A DNA stretch of 64,000 nt from an uncultured Gammaproteobacteria bacterium (GCA_964650355.1 CAZYTL010000002.1:109465-173464); one strand, 5' to 3'. Shown: positions 48,118 through 58,763, numbered from the stretch's first letter. Translations and numbers: made by a program. The notes: generated from the sequence alone by a model not told the origin.

Positions 48118-49560
48118 TTAGCTTCTCTGGTCACCAACTATGTTCCAGGTATATTCTTGTCCAGTTTGGCCATAGGTATTCATGATTTTCATGACTTCCT
48201 CTCCTGATAATTTAGGAAGTAACATATCCATGATTCTGGCTCTTGCGGTATCTGTTTCAACTAGAGAGGCGATAAATTCATCTTGAGGGAAGCTTCCGAA
48301 GGCTGTTTTAAAGGACTTACTTAACCCTAGTACCGGGATTTCTTCTGATCCCGTTGGCGTGTCTCTCGTTATAGTGACGTCGGGGAACGAAACCATTGAG
48401 ACATGGAAATTGCCTCCCACAGCCCCTTTGGCTGGCTTTATCCGGTCTATTTTTATACCCTTTTCATTTACTCTTCTGGCGAAGTCTCCGATTTTCTGGG
48501 TATTAATCGCGATTTCTTGCCCTCTTCCTCCATGCGCACTGTTGAGACTAGCAGTGGTGTCATCTATAAAAAAAGGGTTCCCCATGGCCATTAGGTAATA
48601 CTGGATCAACCCTCCAAGATCATTTTCATGATATTTATCACCCAAGCCTTCTTTAAGATACCTCAAGTACTGGACGTCGAATCTCCATTTATGCGGCCAA
48701 ACAAAAGCTTCAAGGCCTCTTTCTATCTGTTCATAAACCTGGGTAACATACTCCGGAGTTTTCTCTCCTAATCTTAAGGGTAGACAAGCCCATTGTGCAC
48801 CCAACCGGAACCTACCTTGAGCTTCGTCTGCAAACGCTTGGGCGAAAAGATCAAGATAGGTCTGATAATCTTTAGGATCTAGCCAGACAAATTCATCGGC
48901 CCAAACCCCAACTACTGGAATTTCATGTTGCCGCCGAGGTTTGACTTCAGAGTACTCTTCGTCGATTTCTGGCATCCACCCCTCTCGAAGTTCTTCTTTC
49001 ATTGCTTCCAAGACTTTTTCTTTGTTAAAGCTTCTTCCTGTGTTTCTAGCGATCACGAGCTCGCGTCCCCAATCTGTGCTATTTAATTCATAATGCACAA
49101 ACCATAAGGGTAACTGCGGCGTGCTGTTGATGGCCTCGCAAAAAGCTCTCATGGTGTTAGTTTTTCCACTGCGTACATGTCCTAATCCTAAAACCCGGGA
49201 AATGTCTCCTCCCTGCTCATAAATTTGAGCTATTCTGCTGAGAGCGGTTTGCATAAGGGGATTGCCTGCTGCCCAGCCACAGTGAGGTAGGATTTTGCTT
49301 CCGTGACGCTCCCACCAACGGGCAGTGGCTTGCCTTTCTGGATCATTTATTTCGGGTTTCATTACCCGGTATAACTCACCGAGTACGACATAAGCTCCTA
49401 ACATGGTAACTTCCCTAGGATCGGTTTCTGGCGTGGCAATAATTTCTGCTCCTTCTAGGCCAGCAAAGCCCTTTTCTAGCACACGTTTTTGAGTGGCGTG
49501 AAAAACAGATTCCTGCCTTGATTCTCCGGGAGCTGTTTCACCTGATTCTTTTTCAGCCAT
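48118..49560 (-). CDS. Hypothetical protein with divergent P-loop NTPase (possibly STAND-like)
   Basis: GHVRSGKT (Walker A-like), VWADEF (Walker B-like), MGNPFF (GxP-like). Confidence 0.6.
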   Translation of the reverse strand: MAEKESGETAPGESRQESVFHATQKRVLEKGFAGLEGAEIIATPETDPREVTMLGAYVVLGELYRVMKPEINDPERQATARWWERHGSKILPHCGWAAGNPLMQTALSRIAQIYEQGGDISRVLGLGHVRSGKTNTMRAFCEAINSTPQLPLWFVHYELNSTDWGRELVIARNTGRSFNKEKVLEAMKEELREGWMPEIDEEYSEVKPRRQHEIPVVGVWADEFVWLDPKDYQTYLDLFAQAFADEAQGRFRLGAQWACLPLRLGEKTPEYVTQVYEQIERGLEAFVWPHKWRFDVQYLRYLKEGLGDKYHENDLGGLIQYYLMAMGNPFFIDDTTASLNSAHGGRGQEIAINTQKIGDFARRVNEKGIKIDRIKPAKGAVGGNFHVSMVSFPDVTITRDTPTGSEEIPVLGLSKSFKTAFGSFPQDEFIASLVETDTARARIMDMLLPKLSGEEVMKIMNTYGQTGQEYTWNIVGDQRS

Positions 49561-49728
49561 ATTAATAGCATTTTAGCATAAGGATGTGTCTTTTTAGATA
49601 CTTAGAAGATCTTTTATTTAGCTTAGATTGTAGTGTCGTTACCAGGAAAGGCTGGAGGGTAAGGTTAGACATTTCCACGAGATGGTAGATTTTCTGCTTA
49701 AGCGAATCATTGGCGTGATAGGATAGAA

Positions 49729-51990
49729 GTGATGGGAAGAAAGAAGTGGGGATTGGTAATCGGGGGATTATTGATATTTGGTTTATGGATGGTAATAGGG
49801 ATATGGACGGACCCTACTCCAAGGATTGCAGGGACGGTAAAAGTATATGACCGCAATGGACAGTTGTTACACGAATCGGCCGGACAGGTAAGGAGTCAGC
49901 AGCCAGTGAAGCTGGATGAGATACCAAAGAATTTACAGCAAGCGGTAGTGATCACTGAAGATGCCCGGTTTTGGCAACATCAGGGAGTGGATGTGGCAGC
50001 TATTATCAGGGCGATAAGTCAAAACTGGCGAGCAGGTGAAATTGTTTCAGGGGCGAGTACGATTGAACAGCAGTTGGCAAGATTCACAGTCATCAGCCCC
50101 CAGAAGCCAGCACCGGTCACGTGGCAAAGAAAGGTCCGGGAACTGATCATGGCTTGGCGCTTGGGACAATCAAAATCTAAAGAGCAAATTTTAGAAGACT
50201 ATTTAAATGTGGTGCATTTGGGCAGAGGCAGGTACGGAGTGGAAGCGGCCAGTCAAGGTTATTTTGGTGAAGACGTGAGCCATTTATCTCTGTCTCAGTC
50301 AGCGCTGCTGGCAGGGATGATTGCTAATCCAAGTGAATTTGATCCTCTAAATCATCCTGACAAAGCCCGGCAACGACGCGACTTTGTGCTCGGGCAGATG
50401 GTGGCGAAAAAGTTAATTGATGAAGAAATGTATCACAGGGCAATCGCAGAGCCTCTACCCCAGGAGATGCACGACAAATCTTATTACATGCCGCATGCGG
50501 TAGAGATGATTGATAGGCAGTTGGACGAATTGGGAATTGATAAAAATTCTGGAGTTAAAGTGTTTACGAGTTTAGATCTGGGTTGGTATCGACTGGCACA
50601 GTCGATTGCTCAAAACCAGGTGGCAAGTTTAAAAGACCAGCACAATATCACCAATGCGGCAGTGGTGGTGATGGAAAATCAAACCGGTAAGATCAGGGTG
50701 TTGCTGGGAAGCGTGGATTATTTTAATCATCAAATAGAAGGCGAAAATAATATGGCCACGGCGTTGCGTCAACCGGGATCGGCCATGAAACCAGTGACTT
50801 ACGCGGCTGCTTTCCAAAGTAAAATTGCCACGCCGGCAACCTTGATCGAAGACGTGCCTAAGGTGTATATGACTCACGAAGGCAAAGGGTGGTTGCCACA
50901 TAATTATGACGGCCGTTACCGGGGAAATGTATTGGCACGGGAGGCCTTAGCCTCTTCTTATAATTTGCCGGCAGTGGAGATGTTAGAGAGGGTGGGGATA
51001 GAGAATTTCTTAGATTTGGCACATAAGATGGGAATCACCACCATGCAGGAGACCGACCGGTACGATCTGGCCTTGACTCTGGGAGGAGGAGAAGTGAGTT
51101 TATTAGAGTTAACTAATTTATACGCTACTTTTGCCAGAGGCGGACGGTGGTCGCCGATTACTTTTATTAATCAAATTACTAATGACCAGGGTGATATTTT
51201 ATACGAATCAAAAATTAGTAAGCCGGTACAGGTGTTGGATGCTGAAGTGGCTTGGTTAATTACAGATATTTTGAGTGATGCCCGGGCCAGGATGCCGACT
51301 TTTGGCGAAAAAAATCTTTTGGTAGTGAGCAGGCCAGCGGCGGTGAAGACAGGCACGACCACTGATTGGCATGACAATTGGACGGTGGGTTACACGCCTG
51401 ATTATACGGTCGGAGTGTGGGTGGGAAACGCGGATAATTCCGCGATGCAGGATCTGACCGGGGTAACAGGCGCGGCGCCGATCTGGCACCAGGAAATGGA
51501 AGAGTTGTTTAAATTTACTCCTAAAAGTGAGTTCGTAAAACCGGAAGGGGTTAAGGAAGTAGAAATTTGCGCCTGGGACGGTCTGCTGCCGACAGCGGCA
51601 TGTACTGAACGCTATCAAGAGGAGTTTATTGCTGGTACAGAACCAAAAGAATTTACGCCTTTGACGCAAAAACCCACCGTGGTGACGACCGGAGAATTGC
51701 AAATTATTAACCCTAAGTCAGGGGCAGTGTTTGCTATTAATCCGCCGGAAAAAAATCAAATTGTATTAGAAGCGGCCGCGAACCCGGAAATCAGGAAAAT
51801 AACCTGGACCTTAGATGGCAATGAACTGACTGATAAAGATTGTGCGGAATTGGATAAATATAGTTGTGTATGGACTCCAGTGTTGGGGAGTCATCGACTA
51901 TGGGCAAATTTTTATACTGACGACCAAGGGTGGGTGGAAACTCCAGAGATAGAATTTCAAGTGGTAGAACAGAAGGCTGGATGGGAATAA
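49729..51990 (+). CDS. pbpC: Penicillin-binding protein 1C
   Basis: Transglycosylase motifs EDARF..H.GVD, GASTI.QQ, RKVRE; transpeptidase motifs SAMK, SYN, KTGT; C-terminal beta domain; directly upstream of alpha-2-macroglobulin. Confidence 0.88.
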   Translation: MMGRKKWGLVIGGLLIFGLWMVIGIWTDPTPRIAGTVKVYDRNGQLLHESAGQVRSQQPVKLDEIPKNLQQAVVITEDARFWQHQGVDVAAIIRAISQNWRAGEIVSGASTIEQQLARFTVISPQKPAPVTWQRKVRELIMAWRLGQSKSKEQILEDYLNVVHLGRGRYGVEAASQGYFGEDVSHLSLSQSALLAGMIANPSEFDPLNHPDKARQRRDFVLGQMVAKKLIDEEMYHRAIAEPLPQEMHDKSYYMPHAVEMIDRQLDELGIDKNSGVKVFTSLDLGWYRLAQSIAQNQVASLKDQHNITNAAVVVMENQTGKIRVLLGSVDYFNHQIEGENNMATALRQPGSAMKPVTYAAAFQSKIATPATLIEDVPKVYMTHEGKGWLPHNYDGRYRGNVLAREALASSYNLPAVEMLERVGIENFLDLAHKMGITTMQETDRYDLALTLGGGEVSLLELTNLYATFARGGRWSPITFINQITNDQGDILYESKISKPVQVLDAEVAWLITDILSDARARMPTFGEKNLLVVSRPAAVKTGTTTDWHDNWTVGYTPDYTVGVWVGNADNSAMQDLTGVTGAAPIWHQEMEELFKFTPKSEFVKPEGVKEVEICAWDGLLPTAACTERYQEEFIAGTEPKEFTPLTQKPTVVTTGELQIINPKSGAVFAINPPEKNQIVLEAAANPEIRKITWTLDGNELTDKDCAELDKYSCVWTPVLGSHRLWANFYTDDQGWVETPEIEFQVVEQKAGWE

Positions 51991-52051
51991 GCAAAGAATT
52001 TAATTAAAGTCATCGTTGACAAGCTATCAGATTTAAATTCACAATAAGATA

Positions 52052-55000
52052 ATGGCGGAACAGGAGGTGCCGAGGGGTGGGATTGGGAATAAAGCGGTGG
52101 AAGACGTGGTTGCCAATTCACCCGACAGTTTACCGAATACTGATAAGGCGAAGTTCAGAGGTTTTAAATTGATGGGGTGGTTTCATGAAGATCACAGAAG
52201 GTTACGGCATTTATGGTTAGTGCCGATAATTTATTTGGGGATATGGGCCGGGAGATACGGGGAGCAAATCATTCGATGGCGGCAATCCGGACAGATTAAT
52301 CATCCACTGATGGGTAAGTATTGGCAATACCTGGGTGCAACCGGTTTACTGATGGCTCTGCTGATTTTAAGGTATCTGCGAGTGCCACTATTTATGAAAG
52401 CGCTGGAGGTGGCCAAAAGAATGATTGAGTCAATCGTGGTGAGGTTGACTAAATCGTTAATGAATTGGGGAACTGAATTTTTACACGCGCCAGTAAAACA
52501 AAAGTTGTTGAAGTTGAAACTGCCCTTGTTGTTAGTCATCCTTTATGTCGGATATGCGTTTTACGGTCATTTGTTCGCTCCGCCGAAGATCACGGTAACT
52601 TTTCCTGGTGATGATGGCAAAAACATTCCGGTAGACACGACGATAGAAATTCAGTTCAGCCGGGAGATGAACAAAGAGTCGGTAGAGAAAGCTTTTAGCA
52701 TTAATCCGGGAGTGCCAGGTAATTTTGATTGGGAAAGTGGAGGCCGGGTGATTTTCCAACCGAGTGAAAGCCTGGCTTTGCACCAGGAGTACACGGTAAA
52801 GATCGGACGATGGGCGATGTCATCCTGGATGATTCCCAAATTGGTCGATGACGAGTTTAGTTTCAATACCCTGGGACACCCCACGGTGCTGTTAGCCAGC
52901 CCGCAAACTGAAGCGTTAGATGAGTTGAATTCTATCACGGTGATGTTTGATCGGGCGATGATTCCACTGACTACGGCCACGAACAGCGCGCTCAAGCAAC
53001 CGGCTTTCACGGTCACCCCAGAAATTAAGGGCGAGGGCCGCTGGCTGGGAACGACTGCTTATCAATTCCGGCCCAGCGAGCCTTACCAATTGGCATCGAC
53101 GTACACTTACCGGGTGGAAGCGGGATTAAAATCTGAAGACGGAGGCGAACTCCAGGAACCGGCTGTGTTTTCCTTCTCGACTCCCCGTCCTCATGTGGTA
53201 GCGGTGTCGCCAGCCCGGGGTTACAAATATGCTAATCCGGTGGCGTCGGTTTCGGCGACGTTAAGTCAGACAGTGGATTTCAGTTCTGCTAAAGAAAATG
53301 TTAAACTTTTTTACTTAAACGGCATTAGTTATGATGAGGTGCCATCAAAATTAGTAGTAAATAAGGAACAAATCGGGTTATATCCATTAAGTCCTTTAAA
53401 GAGAGAAGGGCTATACGAGGTAAAAATATTTCCCGGGCTATTGTCTACTAATGGCCCCAATGGTTTAGAAAATGAATATAATTGGAATTTTAATGTGGCT
53501 AAATTACCAGAGGTGGTAAGTACTAATCCGAAAGATGGCGCTCAGGATGTGACCGGTGAGCATCTGATAGAAGTATGGTTTGCCACACCCATGGATGAGG
53601 ATTCGTTTAAGGACAGAGTGATTATTTCTCCGGCGCCCGACAGTAACCCCACTGAATATTTTTCCACCTATAATGACGCTAACCGATTAGCGATCGGCAC
53701 GTATTTGGGCCGGTCAAAAAACTATACCATCACGATCAGCGGGCAGGTTAAGGATCAGTACGGAGTAGCCCTGGGACAGGACTATACCTTTTCTTTTAGC
53801 ACAGCACCTTATCAGCCCAGTATCAGTATTCAGCCCAGTAATTTGTACTTTGCCACTTTTAATCAGCGAGTAGTACCCAGAATTGTGGCCAAGGTGGTGA
53901 ATGTAAACCAGGTCAGTTACCGGTTGTATAAGTTACCCAGGGAAGAATTTTTAAAGTTATTTAGATATAGATTTGACTATAATGTTAACAAAGATTTAAG
54001 GAATTGGCAGGCTTATGATACTTCAGGGTTGGAACTGGTCAGGGAGTGGGAGGAGAATTTTACCATTAACGATAATGTGCCGGTAAATGTGATTACCAAA
54101 GTGGAGATGGCAAACGGAGAAATGATTTCCCCGGGGTTGTATTTCCTGGAGGCAAAGATTCCTACTGGGAAGCACGATAACCTGGCCATGGTAGTGAGCC
54201 AGGCAGCTTTGACTTTGAAAACGGCAGCGCAGCAATCATTGGTTTGGGCAGTAGACCAAAGCAGCGGTCAGGTAATTCAAGGCATGAAACTGGAATTAGT
54301 TAATAAGTCGGGTACGGTCTTGGATCAGGGACAGACTAATCAAGACGGAGTTTATCTGTCGGACAAATCCTTGGGAAGTGTTGATAGTTACAGCAATCCG
54401 GTATTCGCTTTTGCCAGTAAGGATCCGGATGCGACGGTGGTGACGAATGCCTGGGGTGAAGGGATCAGAACCTATGATTTCGGATTGCAGCAGTATTATG
54501 ACCCTCAGGAGAGGGATGAATGGGGGACGCAAAGAAAATTAAAGTTGTATGTGATGCTGGATCGGCCCATCTACAGGCCGGGGCAGACGGTCTACTTCAA
54601 AGGAATCGCACGGGAAGATAACGACGGTAACTATCGGTTACTGGACCAGGCGAACCAAGTCCAAGTGGCGGTAATGGATGATCAGCAAAAATTGATTTAT
54701 AATTCGTCACTACCCATGACAGGATACGGGACTTTTTCAGGAAGTTTTGATTTGGGCAAAGAAGTTAGCGTGGGTTATTATCAGCTGAAAGTAAGTTTGC
54801 TAGGCAACGGATTTCAGCAACAATTCCAGGTTGAAGAGTACCAAAAGCCGGATTTTGAAGTCAAAGTGAGTAGTGATCGGCCCAATTATGTGACGGGCGA
54901 ATCTGCGGTGATGAGTGTAGATGCTAATTTTTATTTCGGGGCTCCTGTGGATGAGGCGCCGGTGCAGTGGACGATGACCACGATGGATGCGCCTTACAGA

Positions 55001-58000
55001 TGGTCAAAAGATACCCGGTTTGAATTTGGCGAATCTGACAGTTATTGGTACCGGCCGTGGTGGTATTTTACTGACAACTCTTATTATGGAGGGCAAAGAA
55101 TAGCTCAAGGTAAGGGCAAAACAGATGATAAGGGTCATTATGAAGTCATTAGGCCGCTCAATATTAGCGACAAGTCAACTAACCAACGCATCAGGATGGA
55201 AGCGGTGGTGGAAGATCAAAGTAACCGGTCGATTGCTAATTCCCAAGAATTTGTGGTTTATCAGGCAGGGCAATTAGTGGGCATCAAACCCGAACGCTAT
55301 TCTGGCCAAGTGGATAACGAAGCCAGAGTGGAAGTGGTGACGATTGATACTAATGGCCAGGAAATAGCTGACCGCCCGGTAACAGTGAATTTTTATAAGC
55401 GCACCTGGAATACGGTAAAAGAAAAAGATGAGGATACCGGAGAATTTTATTGGACGAGCAAGCCCAGCGATGAGTTAAAAGCTTCGCAGTCAGTGGTAAC
55501 CGGAGCTATCGGCAGGGCGACAGCGGCGTTTGTGCCTAACGAAGGGGGCAGTTATTACGTGACTGCGGAAAGCGTTGATAATGCCGGCAGGGTGTTTAAA
55601 TCAGGTACTTACTTATGGATTTCCGGCCATGGCTTTAGCGCCCGGAGGGACAACCACGACCGGATTGTGTTGGTGCCTGACAAGCAAACTTACTCCATCG
55701 GAGAGGTAGCCAGTGTGTACGCGGCAGTTCCTTATGAACAGACTACCGGGCTGGTAACGGTGGAACGGGCTAATGTGCTGGATTATCAAATAATCAGGAC
55801 CACGCCTGATAACCAGAATTTTTCAGTCGCGATTAAGGATAACTACTCGCCGAATGCTTATGTGTCGGCTTTGTTGGTCAAACCCGGGGCAGAGGTAAAG
55901 AATCCGGCTGAGTTTAAGATGGGAGTGACAGAGATCAGGGTGGATAATCCGAAAACTAAGGTGGGGGTATCAATTAATCCTGATAAACCCAAATACGGCC
56001 CGGGGGAAACCATGAAAGCAGTGATTAGCACCAAAGACGGAACCGGCAAACCAGTGCAGACGGAACTGGCAGTGGCCATGGTGGATCAGGCAGTGTGGAG
56101 TTTGGCCAGGGCAAGTTTGGCAGATGTTTACGAAACTTTTTACCGGCCGCGCAACTTGGGAGTCTATACCAGTCAGGGATTGACGATTTCCATGGACCGG
56201 ATTAATGCCAATGTTAACCTGGGAAGCAAGGGCGGTTCGGGTGGAGGATGTTTTACCGGAGAGACTTTGATTTTGATGGGCGACGGAAGTAAAAAGATGA
56301 TTAAGCAGGTGGCGACTGGTGATTGGGTGTTAACTCGCAAAAATGAGCAGACAGACGAGATGGTGTCGGCCAAAGTAGAGCAGGTATTTGTGCACGACGT
56401 AAACGAAATTTTGGTGATTAATGATCAGTTACAAACCACAAGGGTACACCCGATTTACACCCAGAGAGGTTGGTTAACCGCGGGCGAGTTGCAAATCGGA
56501 GACCAGATGATGGATAGAGACGGCCACTGGGTGATAGTCACTAAGTTAGATGTGCAACAGACTGCCAAACGGGTGTATGATTTGGCAGTTGGTCAGTATC
56601 ACACTTATTTTGCCGGTGACATCTGGGTGCATAACAAAGGCGACGGTTTGATGACCAGCAGGGAGAATTTTCTGGATACGGCTTACTGGGAAGCGCATTT
56701 GGAAACTAATAATCAGGGACAGGCGGAAATTAACGTTGATTTGCCGGATAATCTGACCACCTGGAGACTGGCCGGGGTAGCGGTGAGCAAGGAAACAGCC
56801 GTGGGTAGTACTGAGAAGCAGGTGTTAGTGACCAAAGATGTGTTGATTCGGCCATTGTTGCCAAGATTTTTGTCCGTAGGAGATAAACCGCAACTAGGGC
56901 TGGAAGTGCATAATACCACGGGAGCAGGACAAAATCTGCAGACCAGCTTGATGGATGTGTCAGGTTTGCAGTTGCAGGCAAGTGTGAATCAGCAAATTTA
57001 TGTGCCGGCTGGTGGTTCGCGGCAGGTGTTCTGGCCGGTAACAGTAGCTGGAGGAGAAGAAGCTAAATTAACCATGGTGGTGCGCAATAATGGTCAGGTG
57101 GTTGATGCAGTAACCAAGACCCTGCCAGTGAAATCTTACTTTACTCCGGAAACAGTGGCCACGGCCGGTCAGGCAGCTGATGTGGGACAGGAAACGATTC
57201 ATTTACCAGCTGATGTGGTAGCTGATCAGGGATCTTTAACCATTGGACTGTCCCCTGCCTTGGGCGCTGGAGTCCAAGACGCGGCCAGTTATTTACTTGA
57301 TTATGCTTACTGGTGCGCTGAACAGACGGTTAACCGACTGATGCCGGCAGTGAATTTACTGCAATTGGCGCGGGAAACTAAGACGCAGACAATTGGCGGC
57401 CAGTCAACCGCCAGATTGGAACAGCTAGCTAATGATGCGATCCAAAGACTGGTGAGGAGCCAACACCCGGATGGGGGTTGGGGCTGGTGGCCCACTTACC
57501 CGTCCAGTCCGATGATCTCCACCATGGTCATGGATGGGTTATGGGCAGCTAAGAGTTATGGATTAACAGTGCCGGAACAAACAATCAGTCAAGGATGGGG
57601 ATATTTAAAGCGGTCTTTATCATCAGACCAGGAATCTCTGGATGTGCAGGCGTATATAGCGGCCACGGTATCGCAGGCAGAAAAGGTCGACGCTGGTGTG
57701 CTCTCCGGATTGATGGACCGGAGATGGGAAATGAAGTTACTGGGAAGAGCATATTTGTGGCTGGCCATAGAGCACAACGGGGGCAATCGCCAGGACGAGT
57801 ATCGATTAAGAGATGAGTTGTTATCGCAAGCCCGCAAGACTAATACATCGGTGCATTGGGAAGAGGAGAAGACTAATTGGTGGTTAATGAGTAGTTCCAC
57901 TACATTGACATCGGCCGTATTAGAAGGACTAACAGAAAACGATCCGCAACATCCTTTAATTTCAGAGACGGTCAGGTGGTTGATGCAGGTGCAACAAGAC

Positions 58001-58744
58001 GGACATTGGCGAACCACCAGGGATACAGGCGCGGCAGTGAAGGCGTTGACAAAGTTGTTATTGGCACAAAAGGCCGGATCGGTGGATGAACAATGGAAAT
58101 TAGAAGTTGATAACCAGCGTAGGGATGAAGGAGCATTCAAGACCAGCGATTTGTTGAAACAGGTGGTGAATACTATTCCCATAGCCGAAATTCCCAAAGT
58201 TCAAGACGTGCCGGTGACCATTAGTAAAAGCGGCAAAGGCAATCTGTTTTATAATATGAATCTGAAATATTATCTGCCGTTTGAACAAGTGGAGCCTCTG
58301 GAGCAAGGCATGGTGATGGTGAGAGAACTGGTGGACAAGAAAGGCAACCTGCTGCCGCCGGATAAGGTATCCACAGCAGATGAGATTTGGGTGCGACTGA
58401 TTCTAGTCACCCCGGATGAACGACACCACCTGGTACTGGAAGATCCGTTACCGGCTGGATTTGAGCCGGTAAATGAGAGTTTGGCCACCACATCATTGAT
58501 GAACGTGGAGCGACTGACCAGACCCAAGGACAGGAAGCCATTATATTTCCAACATCAAGAAATGCGGGATGACCGAGTGGTGCTGTTTGCCGAATGGGTG
58601 CCGGCCGGAGTGTACGAGTATACTTACCGGGTGAGGCCGACGACTCCGGGAAGTTATCATCATCCTCCCGCTCAAATTTATAACATGTATTTGCCTGATA
58701 TCTCCGGACATTCGGCTGGGGGATGGTTGGAAGTGACTGATTAA
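52052..58744 (+). CDS. Bacterial alpha-2-macroglobulin with N-terminal TM segments, about four SbsA/Big_5 Ig-like domains and an internal Hint domain
   Basis: DRPIYRPGQTV.FK, VEEYQKPDF, RENFLDTAYW, LPDNLTTW, LPRFL..GD, thioester motif WCAEQ, Q..DGGWGWW, EDPLPAGFE, RDDRV. Confidence 0.93.
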   Translation: MAEQEVPRGGIGNKAVEDVVANSPDSLPNTDKAKFRGFKLMGWFHEDHRRLRHLWLVPIIYLGIWAGRYGEQIIRWRQSGQINHPLMGKYWQYLGATGLLMALLILRYLRVPLFMKALEVAKRMIESIVVRLTKSLMNWGTEFLHAPVKQKLLKLKLPLLLVILYVGYAFYGHLFAPPKITVTFPGDDGKNIPVDTTIEIQFSREMNKESVEKAFSINPGVPGNFDWESGGRVIFQPSESLALHQEYTVKIGRWAMSSWMIPKLVDDEFSFNTLGHPTVLLASPQTEALDELNSITVMFDRAMIPLTTATNSALKQPAFTVTPEIKGEGRWLGTTAYQFRPSEPYQLASTYTYRVEAGLKSEDGGELQEPAVFSFSTPRPHVVAVSPARGYKYANPVASVSATLSQTVDFSSAKENVKLFYLNGISYDEVPSKLVVNKEQIGLYPLSPLKREGLYEVKIFPGLLSTNGPNGLENEYNWNFNVAKLPEVVSTNPKDGAQDVTGEHLIEVWFATPMDEDSFKDRVIISPAPDSNPTEYFSTYNDANRLAIGTYLGRSKNYTITISGQVKDQYGVALGQDYTFSFSTAPYQPSISIQPSNLYFATFNQRVVPRIVAKVVNVNQVSYRLYKLPREEFLKLFRYRFDYNVNKDLRNWQAYDTSGLELVREWEENFTINDNVPVNVITKVEMANGEMISPGLYFLEAKIPTGKHDNLAMVVSQAALTLKTAAQQSLVWAVDQSSGQVIQGMKLELVNKSGTVLDQGQTNQDGVYLSDKSLGSVDSYSNPVFAFASKDPDATVVTNAWGEGIRTYDFGLQQYYDPQERDEWGTQRKLKLYVMLDRPIYRPGQTVYFKGIAREDNDGNYRLLDQANQVQVAVMDDQQKLIYNSSLPMTGYGTFSGSFDLGKEVSVGYYQLKVSLLGNGFQQQFQVEEYQKPDFEVKVSSDRPNYVTGESAVMSVDANFYFGAPVDEAPVQWTMTTMDAPYRWSKDTRFEFGESDSYWYRPWWYFTDNSYYGGQRIAQGKGKTDDKGHYEVIRPLNISDKSTNQRIRMEAVVEDQSNRSIANSQEFVVYQAGQLVGIKPERYSGQVDNEARVEVVTIDTNGQEIADRPVTVNFYKRTWNTVKEKDEDTGEFYWTSKPSDELKASQSVVTGAIGRATAAFVPNEGGSYYVTAESVDNAGRVFKSGTYLWISGHGFSARRDNHDRIVLVPDKQTYSIGEVASVYAAVPYEQTTGLVTVERANVLDYQIIRTTPDNQNFSVAIKDNYSPNAYVSALLVKPGAEVKNPAEFKMGVTEIRVDNPKTKVGVSINPDKPKYGPGETMKAVISTKDGTGKPVQTELAVAMVDQAVWSLARASLADVYETFYRPRNLGVYTSQGLTISMDRINANVNLGSKGGSGGGCFTGETLILMGDGSKKMIKQVATGDWVLTRKNEQTDEMVSAKVEQVFVHDVNEILVINDQLQTTRVHPIYTQRGWLTAGELQIGDQMMDRDGHWVIVTKLDVQQTAKRVYDLAVGQYHTYFAGDIWVHNKGDGLMTSRENFLDTAYWEAHLETNNQGQAEINVDLPDNLTTWRLAGVAVSKETAVGSTEKQVLVTKDVLIRPLLPRFLSVGDKPQLGLEVHNTTGAGQNLQTSLMDVSGLQLQASVNQQIYVPAGGSRQVFWPVTVAGGEEAKLTMVVRNNGQVVDAVTKTLPVKSYFTPETVATAGQAADVGQETIHLPADVVADQGSLTIGLSPALGAGVQDAASYLLDYAYWCAEQTVNRLMPAVNLLQLARETKTQTIGGQSTARLEQLANDAIQRLVRSQHPDGGWGWWPTYPSSPMISTMVMDGLWAAKSYGLTVPEQTISQGWGYLKRSLSSDQESLDVQAYIAATVSQAEKVDAGVLSGLMDRRWEMKLLGRAYLWLAIEHNGGNRQDEYRLRDELLSQARKTNTSVHWEEEKTNWWLMSSSTTLTSAVLEGLTENDPQHPLISETVRWLMQVQQDGHWRTTRDTGAAVKALTKLLLAQKAGSVDEQWKLEVDNQRRDEGAFKTSDLLKQVVNTIPIAEIPKVQDVPVTISKSGKGNLFYNMNLKYYLPFEQVEPLEQGMVMVRELVDKKGNLLPPDKVSTADEIWVRLILVTPDERHHLVLEDPLPAGFEPVNESLATTSLMNVERLTRPKDRKPLYFQHQEMRDDRVVLFAEWVPAGVYEYTYRVRPTTPGSYHHPPAQIYNMYLPDISGHSAGGWLEVTD
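56249..56635 (+). other. Hint (bacterial intein-like) domain, 129 aa, within alpha-2-macroglobulin
   Basis: Starts CFTGETLILMGDG...I..V..GDWV, block B TTRVHPIY, block F VYDLAV...HTYFAG, ends WVHN followed by K. Confidence 0.92.
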
Positions 58745-58763
58745 GGCAAACGGATCGAGAAGC

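Noticed and set aside
56249-56635. Canonical mobile intein
   Set aside because: No homing endonuclease and the +1 residue is Lys, not Cys/Ser/Thr; treated as a BIL-type Hint domain.
57589-58197. 202-aa antisense ORF, and many other 60-160 aa ORFs nested in long genes
   Set aside because: Shadow ORFs opposite or inside well-supported genes, with no motifs.
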